A stretch of DNA of 63,806 bases, the filler included, from Choristocarpus tenellus KU-1152 (lineage: Eukaryota > Protista > Phaeophyceae), in NCBI GenBank assembly GCA_964200185.2. It is 13 parts of 13 records of this genome, joined end to end, with 100 filler letters (N's around TTAATTAATTAA, not from the genome) between each part and the next. Parts side by side here need not be neighbours in the genome. Positions count along the whole stretch, not along the records: positions 12,070 to 16,490 come from CAXNAD020014630.1; positions 16,591 to 20,741 come from CAXNAD020015963.1; positions 20,842 to 27,499 come from CAXNAD020007632.1; 10 more parts are not named here. The stretch is one strand, 5' to 3'. Shown here one piece after another: positions 13,018-26,606 of this stretch. The notes beneath the pieces were generated by a model. The model had not been told where the DNA came from. It did no database searches and worked only from the letters and a program-made list of their open reading frames with translations. Each line of letters opens with the position of its first letter. Positions within the stretch are counted from its first letter, which is position 1. A program made the position numbers and the translations under genes.

Positions 13018-16000
13018 AGGTGGGGGGTGACTGGAAATCAGGGACGAATGGGTTGCACTGGTTGGTCATTTCACGCGGGGGTAAATAGGAAACCAGCAGT
13101 TAAGGGGTCGCAAGGGGCTGGTCAGAAGAAGGAATACATGGGGAAGGAAAGGAGTGGAGAATAGGGGAATGACAAACAAGGAATAAGCTAACAATAATAA
13201 TCCAGAATTCATGAGCAAAACAAAGTATATTTTTTCAGTATTATAATATAGTAGTAGAATCAAGAATAAAATGAATTGTCATTTTACTATTGATAAAAGC
13301 ATATGAAACAGTTCTAGACACCAATCAAACCGCACAATGACAACACATCTAAAACCACAACCTCCCACCCTTCACAATGATGCGTCTCATATCTTACATA
13401 TGGAAACTGAAATCTGGCTGGTCCCCAAGTGTTAGCTATATCACTCACATCTCACTGAATCTATGACCATTTTTCATAAATACTACATGACTAGTATACT
13501 ATTACCAACTAATGTGAGGTCTGTGATCGTAGGTCACGCTCGAATACAAGGTTATATTCAAAGCAGTATGTATATGGCTATCAATATCATAGCAAGAGGC
13601 ATACAATTCTTCCATCATTGGAGACCTACCCCCCCCCACACCCCTATCCCTTCTACCTGTAACAAAACCAAATCGCCAAACATTAATGAGAGGTTGGTTG
13701 AACCAGAAGATGGTAGTTGCTTAATTCTGGGCTACCTGGAAGGACCCTTGGTTAAGACGCTTGCAATAGATTATAATTAATTATTGGCTACTTTAAAGTG
13801 TGAAGGTCTAAGTTACAGTCGGTCACACATGCAGTTTAGCTTGGCCATTGACTTTTACATAGTCAGGCAGGCATACAAGCCCCCGACACCATCCACCCAT
13901 GCTACCCGGGGACAACCCACGCGCCCCTGGTGCTGATGGAGCACTGTATCCGCTAACCAGAAGATCTTCTACTCCTCCAGCACACACATACCAAACTTGC
14001 ATAGACACATCCCCCCATCGTTCCGTTCCTCCTGGATTTATTGGAGGGAGACCAGCAGAACCCCATTCTGGTCACCACAGGTCAACAACAGCCCCTTGCT
14101 ATCTCAACAGGATTATTTCTCAACAGAATTGGCGGAACATATTCATGCATTTGATGAGCACGTGTGTGTACTTCTCTGCACAGACAGGTAGAATGTTGTA
14201 AACAAAGCTTAAGAAATGGTTGTGACATGAGGTCCAGGGCCCCCCAAGTGCACGAGAGGATGTTGCAAGGGACACTCGTGGAGATTTACTTGGTAAACTG
14301 CTATTTGTGAAAGCAATAGTGAAGATTATTATCGGGATATAAATCGGGAGAGGAACGAAATGGGAGCCTCTCTAGGTCGTCCTTAGCAAGCATGATTGTG
14401 ACATGATTGTAGAACGGAAGAGTTGGATAGTGCAAATATGTTTATCTTCATCTTTTGTCTTTTTTTTCTCTCTATAGATATTCCTTGCTATATATGAAAT
14501 TATACATCGCCATTCATAATTTACTATATCTCACAGGAAGCACAACAATTTGTTGGTGGTGCTGATCGTCAACGCAAATGATACCCAGGAAAGTTTTGAG
14601 CCCCTCGACAAGCAAGCGGAATGTTTCCTGGATGAGCTGGCTACACACATGGTGGGGGGAAGAGGAACTGAAGGCTATGGCAGGAAAGGGGGGGTAAAAT
14701 CCTACCTACGCCAAATAGTCTCAGTAAAAATATAAGTGGGACTGTCTAGACATGTCATGCGATTAAAGCTGGAGTGACCAGGGAGATGGTTTTGCCCCTG
14801 ACATATCTGTAAAATATTAGAGGGCAATATAATAAATTAATATCCAGTCAATATGGTGGTCTTGCAGTAAAGATGCTCACCCAATGCAACATGCTAACAA
14901 TAATACCGAAGATTACCAACCAGTTCAAAGGAGCTGTACTATATATCATCATCATCTCGTCGGACAAAGCCAAACACAAGCACACACTGAAGAGGAACAC
15001 TGTACACAAGTCCTACTTTGCACACCCGCTAGGATGGATAGGAAGAACATATTCGTCACGGGTTGTCTGAGGAACAAACACGAACAGAGCATCACAAGTG
15101 GAACAAAGATTCTACTCCCAACTCGGTTCGCCTGGTTAGGTATGATTAGAGTGGGAATCCCATAGTTCTACTGCCAACATTTTCCATGTGCTGGAAGGTG
15201 GGGATGATCGGTATTCCTCAATATCCCCATCACATCGTCCATTTAATTGAGTGAAAGGAAGTAGGATACAAAAAAAGTAGGTTTCGTGGGGACAATTGCC
15301 TAAATTCCCACTTTCTCGCACATGGAGAGGAGCATCATCGCACTGAGAACAAAAATGAAGTATGAACATAGGGAGAAACAGCGACATGACATCGTCGACA
15401 GGGGGTTCCACCATGTGCAAGCCAAGCCAAATATTCTAGAGGGGGGTTGCACATGTATGTTGCAGGTTGCAAGTAGAGTGATTAGATAATGAGCTTGCCG
15501 CCATGCAATTTAGGGTGTGATATTGACCCTGCTTATTCAGCAACTAATATCCATACAATTTCAATGTCCCTAAATCATGTTCTAAAAAGCGCCAAAAAAT
15601 CCCTAGCGGCATCATATATCCCACTCTGACAACGACTGCAATTTGATGTTTTAAAATCTCCCTTCTGCTTTCGCGATCAACTAATCAAACACAGAAGGCC
15701 GATCCGTTTCACAATCAATTTATCAAGAACGAATATATCAGTCCTTTTTAGAGGGCCTTGTGTTAACTAGGAAACGTTTCACAGACAATGTGAGGCCTTG
15801 TAATGGTCAGGGGACTCTGAAGGATGACATTGGTGACGAAAATCAGAGGACTCTTTTTGGGCTAGGTGTTTACAGTTTAGAAGATAGAGGGGGATGATTG
15901 ACCAGAGCAACATGGACATGAACCCACTATCGGCAGAGCCACCATCAAAGCCTAAAATTGGTGCCCATAGGGACGCAAGATACCTTTTTCTGGCCAGGTG

Positions 16001-16630
16001 TCGGAGTTCCGCCGCACTTGGAAGTGTTGTCTACATAGCAATGGATGCTGCTGATCAAAGACGCACACCCTTCCTTGCAGCTGAAATATTGTGTCACAAG
16101 CCATCACATTACCCCTCACTACTACTAGATGATGGCTGAAATCATGGTTTGATATGATAGGCCCAGAGAAAAAAAGTGCACCATCTACCCAGAAACAAAC
16201 AAATGCATCGGAATTGTCGAGCTCCGAGATGTTGAGATTTGCACTTCCCCACCTACTCACAACACAGTTATTTCCAAACAAAAAAGGATACATCCAATCA
16301 CTTGATTGATGAATGTGATCAAATGTGGATAAGTATAATTTGTAAAAAGTGGCAACATGTGTGAGACCAGCAATGAGAAGTAAGTCTAATCTTCTATAAC
16401 ACACTCCGCAATAAATTGTGAACATCGAAACATGGAGCAAACACTGGTATCTACCTCCCTGTCCCAGGCTCAAAGTATCTGGGGGGGGGTNNNNNNNNNN
16501 NNNNNNNNNNNNNNNNNNNNNNNNNNNNNNNNNNTTAATTAATTAANNNNNNNNNNNNNNNNNNNNNNNNNNNNNNNNNNNNNNNNNNNNGGGGGGGAGG
16601 GGGAAGGTAGAGAGATGGGAGTTGTGTTGG

Positions 16631-17056
16631 TTATTATTATTATTATTATTATTATTATTGTTATTATTATTATTATTGTTGTCGTAAACACTGTTTTTTG
16701 TTTTTTATTGGAGCAAGTGCATAATTCGTCCACTGATATATGTGGTTTACGTTGGGTGTATGTACGTATTATGTATTATGTATTATGTATTATGTGGATT
16801 TGTCTATTCTTTTGGGAGACTGACTTTCAGCAACTGATAACTGATGAAATATTGATATCTGATGAAAGATTGATTTACATTTGACTAGGAGAGAGGGGGA
16901 AGTGATTGCTATGTTTGAAGATATATCAAGTATATGTATATACATACATATTAATATTATTATTATTATTAACAAGCGATTCCTATCCCGTATCCTCTAC
17001 ATCATATCTCATGGTGCCACCACTCTCACACCATTAGATTTGTTATTGTTATTATC

Positions 17057-17089
<33 letters not shown>

Positions 17090-17090
17090 T
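16631..17090. repeat. (ATT)n and related AT-rich microsatellites
   Basis: Long ATT runs at 16631-16680, 16951-16970 and 17040-17090 explain the poly-Ile/Leu ORFs. Confidence 0.85.
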
Positions 17091-17251
17091 TACATTTTAT
17101 GACGATCCAATGAAAGTGATTCACTACAATCCAATGGTTGCTGTTACCCCTTCTGTTTAATGAATTATCTACTTTATGTACATGTATATGTATATATATA
17201 CATAAATACATATACATACATATGTGTGTGTATGTGCATGTGTGGTGGAAG

Positions 17252-18474
17252 GCACTCTACCGGATGCACCAGGGGCGGTCAACATTTCTATCAGAGAGGG
17301 AGGCGGTGGCGGTCGTCACAAGAGCATGGCGAGATTATCAAGCTACTGCTGCGGTGAGATAGGAATTAAAATAATTAATAATTAAAATCTCTCTTTCTAT
17401 ATCTATATATATATTTATCTATATCTATATATATGTATCTATATATGTATATATATGTAGCACCACATATTTGGAGTATATTACTATTATTACACTTGTT
17501 GTAATTAGTGTGTATATGTAATGTTAGTAGTGGTAATAAACTGAGCAAAGGTGCTGTATACGTAAGAGACTTTGTTAAACATTTTTAAGAATGTGAATGA
17601 GGTGTAGCAGTGTGTACGTCAATGAGGCAGGTGTGACTCAATGTGTGTGTGACTTGATGTGTGTAACTTGACCGACGCCTGTTGTCTGTTGTACAGTGGA
17701 CGGCCTTACTTGTAATTTTTATTTATTTTGAGTGGATTGGGGGTGAAGGAGTTTGTATCATGAAGAAGAGGAAACATTTGTGTTTTGTTTATTTATGTTT
17801 ATATTTATTTATTTATTTTTATATATTTGTACTTGTAATTTATTTTTATATAGTCCAGCAGCGCACTGACCACTCTGGAAATTTCCGCTTGCTGACCAGC
17901 CTGTAGATTGGTACTTGGCAGAGCAGTATACAACATTGTATTTGTACTTGGCATTTACCCCCAACTAACCAGTACAACGGATTATACACACACCAACTAA
18001 ATTGAAACCCTAGTTGATTGCAGCACACTGGTTAGTATGATGGCGTGTTGAGAGATGTGTATAGTTGATTGCTGTTCAGAGGGCCAGGGGAGGCAGAGGG
18101 GGTATTAATAGCATGACTCCTGGTGTTGTGTGGTATGGTGTGTGGTATGGTGTTTTTTAATACACTGGCACGAGGACTGATGAGGGGTGAAGGTGTACTG
18201 ATGTGTTGTTGCTTCAAGACTTAGGGTTAGGGTAGGAGTCGGTATTGTTAGTTGCTAAATTGGTAGGTATCTGGAAGGCGTTCCTAGTGTGCTGTTGTTG
18301 GGATACCTTTGTAGAGCTTTTTTTCCCCATAATTTGTACTTTGTTTCCTTTGGTGTAATATTAATATATTTTTTGTCACTGTGAGCTTTAGCTTTTTTTC
18401 CCCATAATTTGTACTATGTTTCCTTTGGTGTAATATTAATATTTTTTTTTTTTACTGTGTTATAAAAATTGTGC

Positions 18475-18505
<31 letters not shown>

Positions 18506-19241
18506 ATTTTTTTTTTTTTTTTTTTCTCTGTTTTATAAAAATTGTGCGTATTTTTTTTTTGTATATCTTTACCTCCCCTCCCCACTCATACCTATCAATT
18601 TGATAGTGATGGTGATAGGGTATGTGTGTAACTGTGTGTAACTGACTTTGCTTTGCCCACATGCCCAGGACAGTCCAGTGGTGACCTTCTACTTGAGGTC
18701 TGATTGGTACATTTAATGACTGAACACTGGTGTCTGTCGTCTAGTCAGTACAGTATTAATACTGTATTAATTATATAATACAGTATTAATATTAATACCA
18801 ATGCTGATGATAATGAAATACTTTGAAGTACTACTTTTCTCTCTATATAATAATAATAATGGATACAATATAATAGTATATTGTTGTAACGATAAGAACA
18901 ATGAATAATGCCGTACCCTTTAATAATAATAATAGTAATAATAATAGTAATAATAGTAAAAATAATAAAAAAGATGATACTACTACCGTTGCACGATTTT
19001 ATTTATTTCCTGTGCGGTGTCCTTCGCAAACACACACGCAAAACACGCCTGCCAGGATCGGATGAGTCTTCACATGGTGAGATGCCTTATCAAGGACATA
19101 CAGAGGGTATACCGTGGTCACCGTGCGAGGAGGTACAAGGAGGTTCGTCTGGGTTTGGTACTGCGTGCGCAGGCGTGTGTTCGAATGTTGCTGCTGCGGC
19201 GTCGGTTGGGGAGGATGCGCAGGGCTGCTATTCTGGTACAG
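17252..19241 (+). CDS. IQ calmodulin-binding repeat protein (ASPM/myosin-neck-like), two internal exons
   Basis: Exon 17252-17353 (ALYRMHQGRSTFLSEREAVAVVTRAWRDYQATAA) and exon 19056-19241 (...IQRVYRGHRARR...AQACVRMLLLRRRLGRMRRAAILVQ). Both are AG/GT-bounded and phase 0, with IQxxxRGxxxR-type repeats. Confidence 0.75.
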
Positions 19242-20414
19242 GTGAACAACAGTGTTTGGAATGATGTTTGTGGATCATTACAAACGCTTCAATTGCTCTT
19301 TGGTGGGGGGTATGTTTGGGATGTGCGTGTGTGTGTGTGTTTTTTTTTTTTTTTTTTTTTTTTTTGTAGGTGGTAAAAGTTGTGGTTCGATTCTTTTTAT
19401 ATATATTTTTGTTTATGTATGTATGCAGGTATTATGATAATGTGTATTGATAAAATTTTTATGCTACGTTATTTTCTATTTTGTTTTTAAAATAAATTTG
19501 AGTGTGGTTTGTTTTGTTTTGAAAAGTTTAGTAGTTTTTTGTTTGTTTATTTGTGTGTTTGTGTATATTCCTGCGTAGTATGTGTATGTGTATTCCTTCA
19601 TAGTATGTGTGTATGATGTTTTTATCTGTACCACTGCACACACATTACTGAAAAAAAAAAAGGTAGTATTAGAACCCGATGGACAAGCTAATTCAAAATT
19701 TTCTTGAACAAGGCAGTGAAGTTACATCCTCTAAAATATCCCCGTTGAAGGTATTGATGGTGTAGGTGACATGGGGAAATAGTTATGACAACAGGACCAA
19801 GGAGCTATAATTACTAGCAGCTACTACCTGGTAGATGATGTTTATGATACTTTATTATATTGGTAAGGATATTTCCAAACATTACGAATCGTCCTTCCTT
19901 GATAAGGATGCTGTGAAACAAAAGTCTGTATTGTACAAAACCATTGCGGGTAAGAACTTTTTATAGTTAGAAGCGTGGTGCAGCTTCCCTGTAGCAAAGC
20001 ACCCAACAGCATCTTGTTTTATGTTGTACTAAAATAGAGTTTGCCACAGAAGTTTGGTTTCAGTGGTATGTTTCAAGTGCCAAGACCGTTTGGAAGAGTC
20101 CATCCAAGAGTCTTGGTCAAGTGTGATAAATTAATGCAATGGTAAGGCTTCAAACATTATTTATCAGCTGATTTGTGTGTAACACAGTACACAGTAAGCT
20201 GATAAATAATGTGTGGAGCCTTCCACTGTACTACGAACCCCAATATTTTCTGTAAATTGTTTTTGTTTAGTTTATGGTGGGATTAACTCAGTGTCTGCCC
20301 TTTGAGGTCATCCCCAGGGCAGGTGAGATAGTAATGTGAGATAGTGATGTGAGATAGTGATGAGGTGAAGTCCCATCCACACGACCCAATCAAATCAAAT
20401 CAAATCCACCTTCG

Positions 20415-20587
20415 TTGGTGGTTGATGATGATTGATGATTGATGATGATGGTTAATGATGATCAGGCAATTGATGATGGTTGATGATGATTGATGATGGT
20501 TGATGATGATCAGGCAATTGATGATGGTTGATGATGGTTGATGATGATCAGGCAATTGATGATGGTTGATGATGATTGATGATGATG
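20415..20587. repeat. Compound (GAT)n/GGTT microsatellite with recurring CAGGCAATT unit
   Basis: Seen directly; three CAGGCAATTGATGATGGTTGATG units. Confidence 0.85.
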
Positions 20588-21598
20588 GATCTTGGCCGGA
20601 ACAAGACAATGTAAGATATGGTTCTGATGAAGTAACTGTCTTTGTCAAGATCTATCTGTATTTGAAGCCGCAGACAGACTTATGGGGAGCTTAGTACGGG
20701 GTGTTAGATTGGGTCAAAGTATCTGGGGTGGGTGGGGATGGNNNNNNNNNNNNNNNNNNNNNNNNNNNNNNNNNNNNNNNNNNNNTTAATTAATTAANNN
20801 NNNNNNNNNNNNNNNNNNNNNNNNNNNNNNNNNNNNNNNNNAAACCGAACCTGTCCACGTAAAGAAAAAAAAATTATTGGTTTGTGGTTTTTTTTTTAAT
20901 TGTTTTTTTTCTTTCCCCCCCCCCCCCCACCGTATCTGTTTTCATGATAGCCGCAGAGTTTACCCTAACGCTGTTTATATTGTGTATACCCTCTTTTTCA
21001 CTGAGATGAGTTATGACTCCTGTTGATATAGGTGTAGAAACATTGCGATGTGCTCAGGGGGTATTTGGTGATGAATAAGGCCTTTGTACAAAGAACAAAT
21101 ATGCGTTCTGTAGCGCCCTAGAGTACTCAAGTTTTGGTTGGTCTCTTTTGGACCTTTATCGAGATGCAAGTTTTGGTTTTGTTTTGTTGAGGGATAAAAG
21201 TTTATGCAGTATTAGAGTACATTTCTTAGGGTTAGGGTTAGGTGTGGTACATGCCGGGGAGTTATAGGGTTAGGGTTATTGGTGCGCTTTTTTCAGTGTA
21301 GAAGGACACTTGTCGTAAGTACTCCAGAGCACTACATTGTGATCTATGTTTTATGGGTTTCCCAGGGTTGAGTGCGTAACCCTGGATGAAGAACAGTCCA
21401 TTCAGAAGTACTCACAAGGTACTATAAATTTGTTAGGACCAGTCCAGTGATAATCTTGTCAACTTGCTTCCCATACTTACGACAGCTAACCCTAACCTCT
21501 AATGATCTGGGTTTGATGCTTCCCACACGCACTGTACTACGTATCTTTTCTATGTTTTGGAAATGGGCGGCGGGGGGGGGGGGGGGGGGGGGGGGCAG

Positions 21599-22857
21599 GG
21601 CATGATTGAAGTCCTTAAGGAGACAGAGCAGGTGGCAGGAAACACAGCGGAGGAGTTGGTTAATCAGAGGGAACAGATTGATGGCATCACTGAGATTGCC
21701 ATTGAGATGGATTCCCTTCTTACCAGGGCAGACCGGTTGGTGAAGGTCTTCTCTAAACGCATGATGACTGACAAGGTGTGTGATTTGCCGGTGTGGGGGC
21801 GCTAGGTTGTCTCTGCTTAGTTGTGTTGAGAGTGTGTTTGACAGCATGTGACATTTTCAGCAGCTGTTACCTCTTTAGTGGATGATTGGCACTCTTTCTT
21901 CCCCTTCGTTGTGCCTGTTGGCATTGATAGTAGAAAAAGAATCCCTCAATTGTAGCTCAACTTTGTCCCACACTTGACCTTCATGGTGTCAAATAGACCT
22001 GGAGATAGAGCTATGTGTACAGATAGCTACGTGTACACGATTTTGTTCTTGCTTTATGGGGGTTAGCAGTAGCACTGTGCCTCTCCAGTTCTAGGAAGTC
22101 GTTTTTGTGGTCAGGTGAGTGTAGTTTTAACTGATTGATTTGGATGAACACAGTGCTACATAGTGCTTAGTGAGTGTAGTTTAACACCCAAAGCTTTGTA
22201 AGAGGATTGGGTCACGTCTGTTTGGGGGTCATAAATCTAATGTTGTGATTTTGATAAGTTTTGGCTCTTGTGTTTGTTATCAAGTGCCAATATCCTTGTT
22301 CTGTTCCGGACACAGCGTTCACAGCCGAATACCTTTTAGGGTTAGGGTAACTGTGTTCGCTCAGAAAACCGAAAATGGGCAAAAAAAAAAAACTGTGGGA
22401 AGCCGAGCCCTGAAAGGACAAACAGGGCAAAACTCCTACCCTCTTGAATGCTTTGGGTCTAACAGCTTCCATATACCCCTCCACAGCACGCTGAGATCTT
22501 GGGCACTAAATGCCAAAAAAGAGTAAGTGTATCTTCGAGAAGCAGCACGCTTGATTTGTTAGAAGTGGTCTGTTTCAAAAAGCAGTGAACCAACAGGGAT
22601 GCATTTGGTGATGGGTAGCTTACCTACCCCTTGTGTGCTACATTATCATCCGCATCAACCACGCCTGTAACCCAAGCCATATCCTCTTGTGTCTTTTGTG
22701 TTTTTGATGCCTCCACTCCCTCTGTGTCCAGTTTATCCAGGTGTTTGGCTGCCTCAACATCACGGCATTGGTATCCATTATTGTCTATGTTGCTATCAAT
22801 TCTGTAGGGCTACCGGGAAGTGATAGCACAGCAGATCCACCAGAACCCGCCACCTGA
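21599..22857 (+). CDS. Qb-SNARE, NPSN/Vti1-like, last two exons
   Basis: Exon 21599-21775 encodes a SNARE heptad (ETEQVAGNTAEELVNQREQIDGI...FSKRMMTDK). Exon 22732-22857 encodes a TM anchor (FIQVFGCLNITALVSIIVYVAI), a short Pro-rich tail and TGA. TDK immediately before the TM resembles NPSN. Confidence 0.85.
22185..22459. mobile_element. MITE family A variant in the SNARE intron, 3-bp TSD TAA
   Basis: taa[CACCCAAAGC...GCTTTGGGTC]taa; interior matches 54135-54390 and 55120-55376. Confidence 0.8.
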
Positions 22858-25278
22858 GGTGGTGATGTCTCTCTCAATGTTCTACTGCAATGTGCTGCCA
22901 TCACTAGGCTAATGGGGTGGGAAAGGGATGTCCCTCCAAGTGAAAAACGGATGAATACCTTGCTGCAGATATAGGATCCGTTGACCTGCTTTGGGATGTT
23001 CTTTTTAAAGGATGGTTTTTTTACTATTCTGCTGTTGGGACTGGTACGGTAACGGGGAGAGAGAGACAGTTGTCGAGGAGCTCTCCTCATTGGGCAACCA
23101 TCACAGGGTATTTTCAAATGGGCGCAATTGTAAAATTAATGTAGTCTCGATGATGCCAAATGTATGATGCATTGATGTGTTGTGGAACTAATGCCTGGAG
23201 GGTAGAGCCTAGAGGAAAGATGTACGATATGGCCACCAGCACTGAGTGTGTGTCAATTCATGGACTGCATCAGTTGTCCTCAGGCGACTCTATTGATGTC
23301 CAAGCATGTTCAGTTGTGGGGAAAAGATAACCCCCGAAATAAAATAGGGAGCCTAAGTAGCATAGACATGCGTCCCCTGGCTTAGGGTCTGACCGCCGCC
23401 CCCTGTTGTATTGAGATGCACTTGTGACCAATTTTTTTTTGTGGACAGAGTACCATATTTATACCCTCCCACACCCTCTGTTGAGTGTAGAGGCTACTAC
23501 TGCTGTGTATAAGTCTGTGCCGACCCCAACAAAATCCGAAGTTGCGTGTTTAGGCTATCTGTTTTTCACAGGTTATATTGGATCGTTTAAGAATTACTAT
23601 TAATGGTGGTGTCACTTGCACAAGATAATACAGAGTTATCTCTTTTTTTGTTATCTGGCTGCAGGTATCATTACTAGTGCAGGGAAGATCCGATTATTTA
23701 AGGATGAAAATGAAAAATTAAACGCTACGTGTGGTGCGATACGAGAAGGTCGTTTCATAGTAATGCCTTCTGCTACCATGGTGTAGAAAAGGTGTTGAAC
23801 CAGTCAGACCACTTGCACACCCCAGGTGTCATAATTCTGCAATTTTCCACCTCAAGTGAGGTGCACCATGTTCGCTCTATGAGCTATTCCGAGAAGATTT
23901 TCCGCTAAGCTCAATGGGAGGGTGAAATTTTTTAATTAGTGAAACTAAAACCCCTTCAAAGAATAAGTTTTTGCCTTTATGCATCTATATTATATACAAT
24001 AATGCACTTGATATTATATTGCTTGAATAGTGGTCTTACTTTTTGTGGTGGAGGATTCAAAGTATGCTCTCTAGCACACAAGTTTGAAAATGTAAAACAT
24101 AAAACATCAGGGTATGTCGTGAAAAGCTGTGGAAGCGCCGCTACGTCAAGAATATATTGCTCTGGATTTTTATCAGGGAGCCTGGGACGTACAGACGGAC
24201 TACAGCAGGAATATAACCTGTATTTAGAGTAAATTGATAATATGCTTTCATGTCTCAAATTTGTGTGGGTATAGATAATTCTAATATATATTCACAAGTT
24301 GGAAAAAGGATCTTGATGTATGGAAACATGGAAGAAAATGAGGTACTAACAATAGTCCTCATTATTTTATTTTCGAGTAAAACATGTTTTTTTTATACCC
24401 CTTATGATACTGTCTCTATGTGTTGAGTAGCCTCACCTTTGAAGACAAAACTATTTGGTCATAATTCTGTCTATTTAGGGGAGGCTAAGGTTTGGTGAGG
24501 TGACCAAAGCCAGTGCATATGTGGCAACATCGTTAGGAGATATTCACTGTGTTGCATATAGAACAAAGTTCTCTCTTAGTTATTGATGGCAGTACAGACC
24601 TGCCTAGATTATGAGATTTCCTTGAAAGGAGTAGATGTTGAAATGTCTGTACAGGTCAAAATGGATCTAAGAACCCCTCCATACCATAGTGAACGTAAAT
24701 CATGACGTATGTATTTCTTGCGCGTTGAGTTACTATTATTGCGAGTAAGAGATAAAGTAAATGAGAGTTGGTACCGAGGGTTGTACTCTTAGGAATACTG
24801 ACAAATATGTATACTCTAACTCGCATAGTAGGGATTTTCTTTTAATTCTGTCGAAAATTCCCAAACAATAGATAAATCAGCGATTTCAAGTCAATCTTGA
24901 CACTTCATCCACATAAAAGAGTGAGTTTAAATCCAAAACCTGGGTTAAACTCTGGTTGGTAACTCTGGTTTACTTTGATAATGCGATTTTATTTACTGAA
25001 CAATAGAATAAATAATGTTGAAACACTCAAGACCCTTGCGTTACAATGAGGAAAACGTAACCAATTTGTAAAGCTCTTGAACCGATTATTTTATGTTACT
25101 CTTTTTTTAGAGTGTCAGTTTCAAGTACGAGAGAGGTACAGATTGCTGATGATGTAGCCAGGGGGTGTTGGACGAATCAGGAACAATGTAAAAAAAATAA
25201 AAAAAGGTAAAAGACACATGGCTTTTTCAAGCTTGGTCCCACAATGGTTGAGACACAAAGAACATTTTTATTTTATCA

Positions 25279-25930
25279 GAAGGTGTGCACTAAAGACAAA
25301 ACTTCATTGTTCCTTTATCGGAAGGTGCACACTAAAGATAAAACTTCATTGTTCCTTTATCGGAAGGTGCACACTATAGACAAAACTTCATTGTTCCTTT
25401 GTCGGTAGGTGTACACTATAGACAAAATTCCATTGTTCCTTTATCGGAAGGTGCACACTATAGACAAAACTTCATTGTTCCTTTGTCGGAAGGTGTACAC
25501 TAAAGACAAAACTTCATTGTTCCTTTATCGGAAGGTCTACACTAAAGACAGAACTCATTGTTCCTTTATCGGAAGGTGTACACTAAAGACAAACCTTCAT
25601 TGTTCCTTTATCGCAAGATGTGCACTAAAGACAAAACTTCATTGTTCCTTTATCGGAAGGTGTACACTAAAGACAAACCTTCATTGTTCCTTTATCACAA
25701 GGTGTGCAGTAAAGACAAAACTTCATTGTTCCTTTATCGGAAGGTGTACACTAAAGACAAACCTTCATTGTTCCTTTATCGGAAGGTGTACACTAAAGAC
25801 AAACCTTCATGGTTCCTTTATCGGAAGGTGTACACTAAAGATAGAACTTCATTATTCTTTTATCCGGAGGTGTACATTAAAGACAAAACTTCATTGTTCC
25901 TTTATCGGAAGGTTTACACTAAAGACAAAA
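25279..25930. repeat. 42-bp minisatellite, ~15.5 copies
   Basis: Unit GAAGGTGTACACTAAAGACAAAACTTCATTGTTCCTTTATCG, head-to-tail with no spacers. Confidence 0.95.
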
Positions 25931-26606
25931 CCCTCCGAAAGTCAACGGAGATTGGATTCAATGACTCAGCCTACTAACTGTTACTCTCGCTGATAATCAA
26001 TCCATTGGACTTGCTCTCTTACGTGGGAGTTGATTCATTGCTACCACGTCCATCCGCTCACTGTTAGAAGATCAACTCCTGTTATAATAAAAGGTGTCTA
26101 CAATTCTTTTTACCAAAGTACTACATGAACCATTAGTACCCAGACATCCTGGACCTTGTAAAGATATGTTGGTTCAATAGTTCAGTAGTGTACTTTGAAT
26201 GGAATGAGCTGTACTCACAGTTGACCATACATAAATCTACCATCACAGCAAAGGTTTGTCTAGCTTGTGTGTTCATAATAAAACTGTTTTTAACACTAAA
26301 CCTGGGCATGTGACGACCAACTCCAGTCCTCGTAAGGTTTTTATACCTGAAGTCACAAGGAAATGAACCGCAGAGCTCATGATCTCCATGTACAATAACA
26401 CGTTGGGTACTCTAAGGGAGGGTTACAAACTCACACACACATAACACAACAAACCCTACACCTCTTGTAAAATTGAACGGATCACTTGTCTAGACAGTGA
26501 ATATCTAACATCATCTTAGAACGAATCTATCATAAATTCACTACCTCCTTGAACTGACTAAAGGGCACAAGCACTAACTACATCCCCTCAAACAATCCCC
26601 ACAGCC

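Noticed and set aside
16539-17217. Poly-Ile/Leu membrane-like ORFs
   Set aside because: Translations of (ATT)n microsatellites.
22185-22459. MITEs acting as introner elements
   Set aside because: Copies lie inside pre-existing introns or intergenic DNA; their ends do not coincide with the inferred splice sites.
25279-25930. CRISPR-like array or repeat-protein ORFs (25409-25993, 25558-25977)
   Set aside because: Units are contiguous with no unique spacers and no cas genes; a frameshifting deletion lies inside the array.
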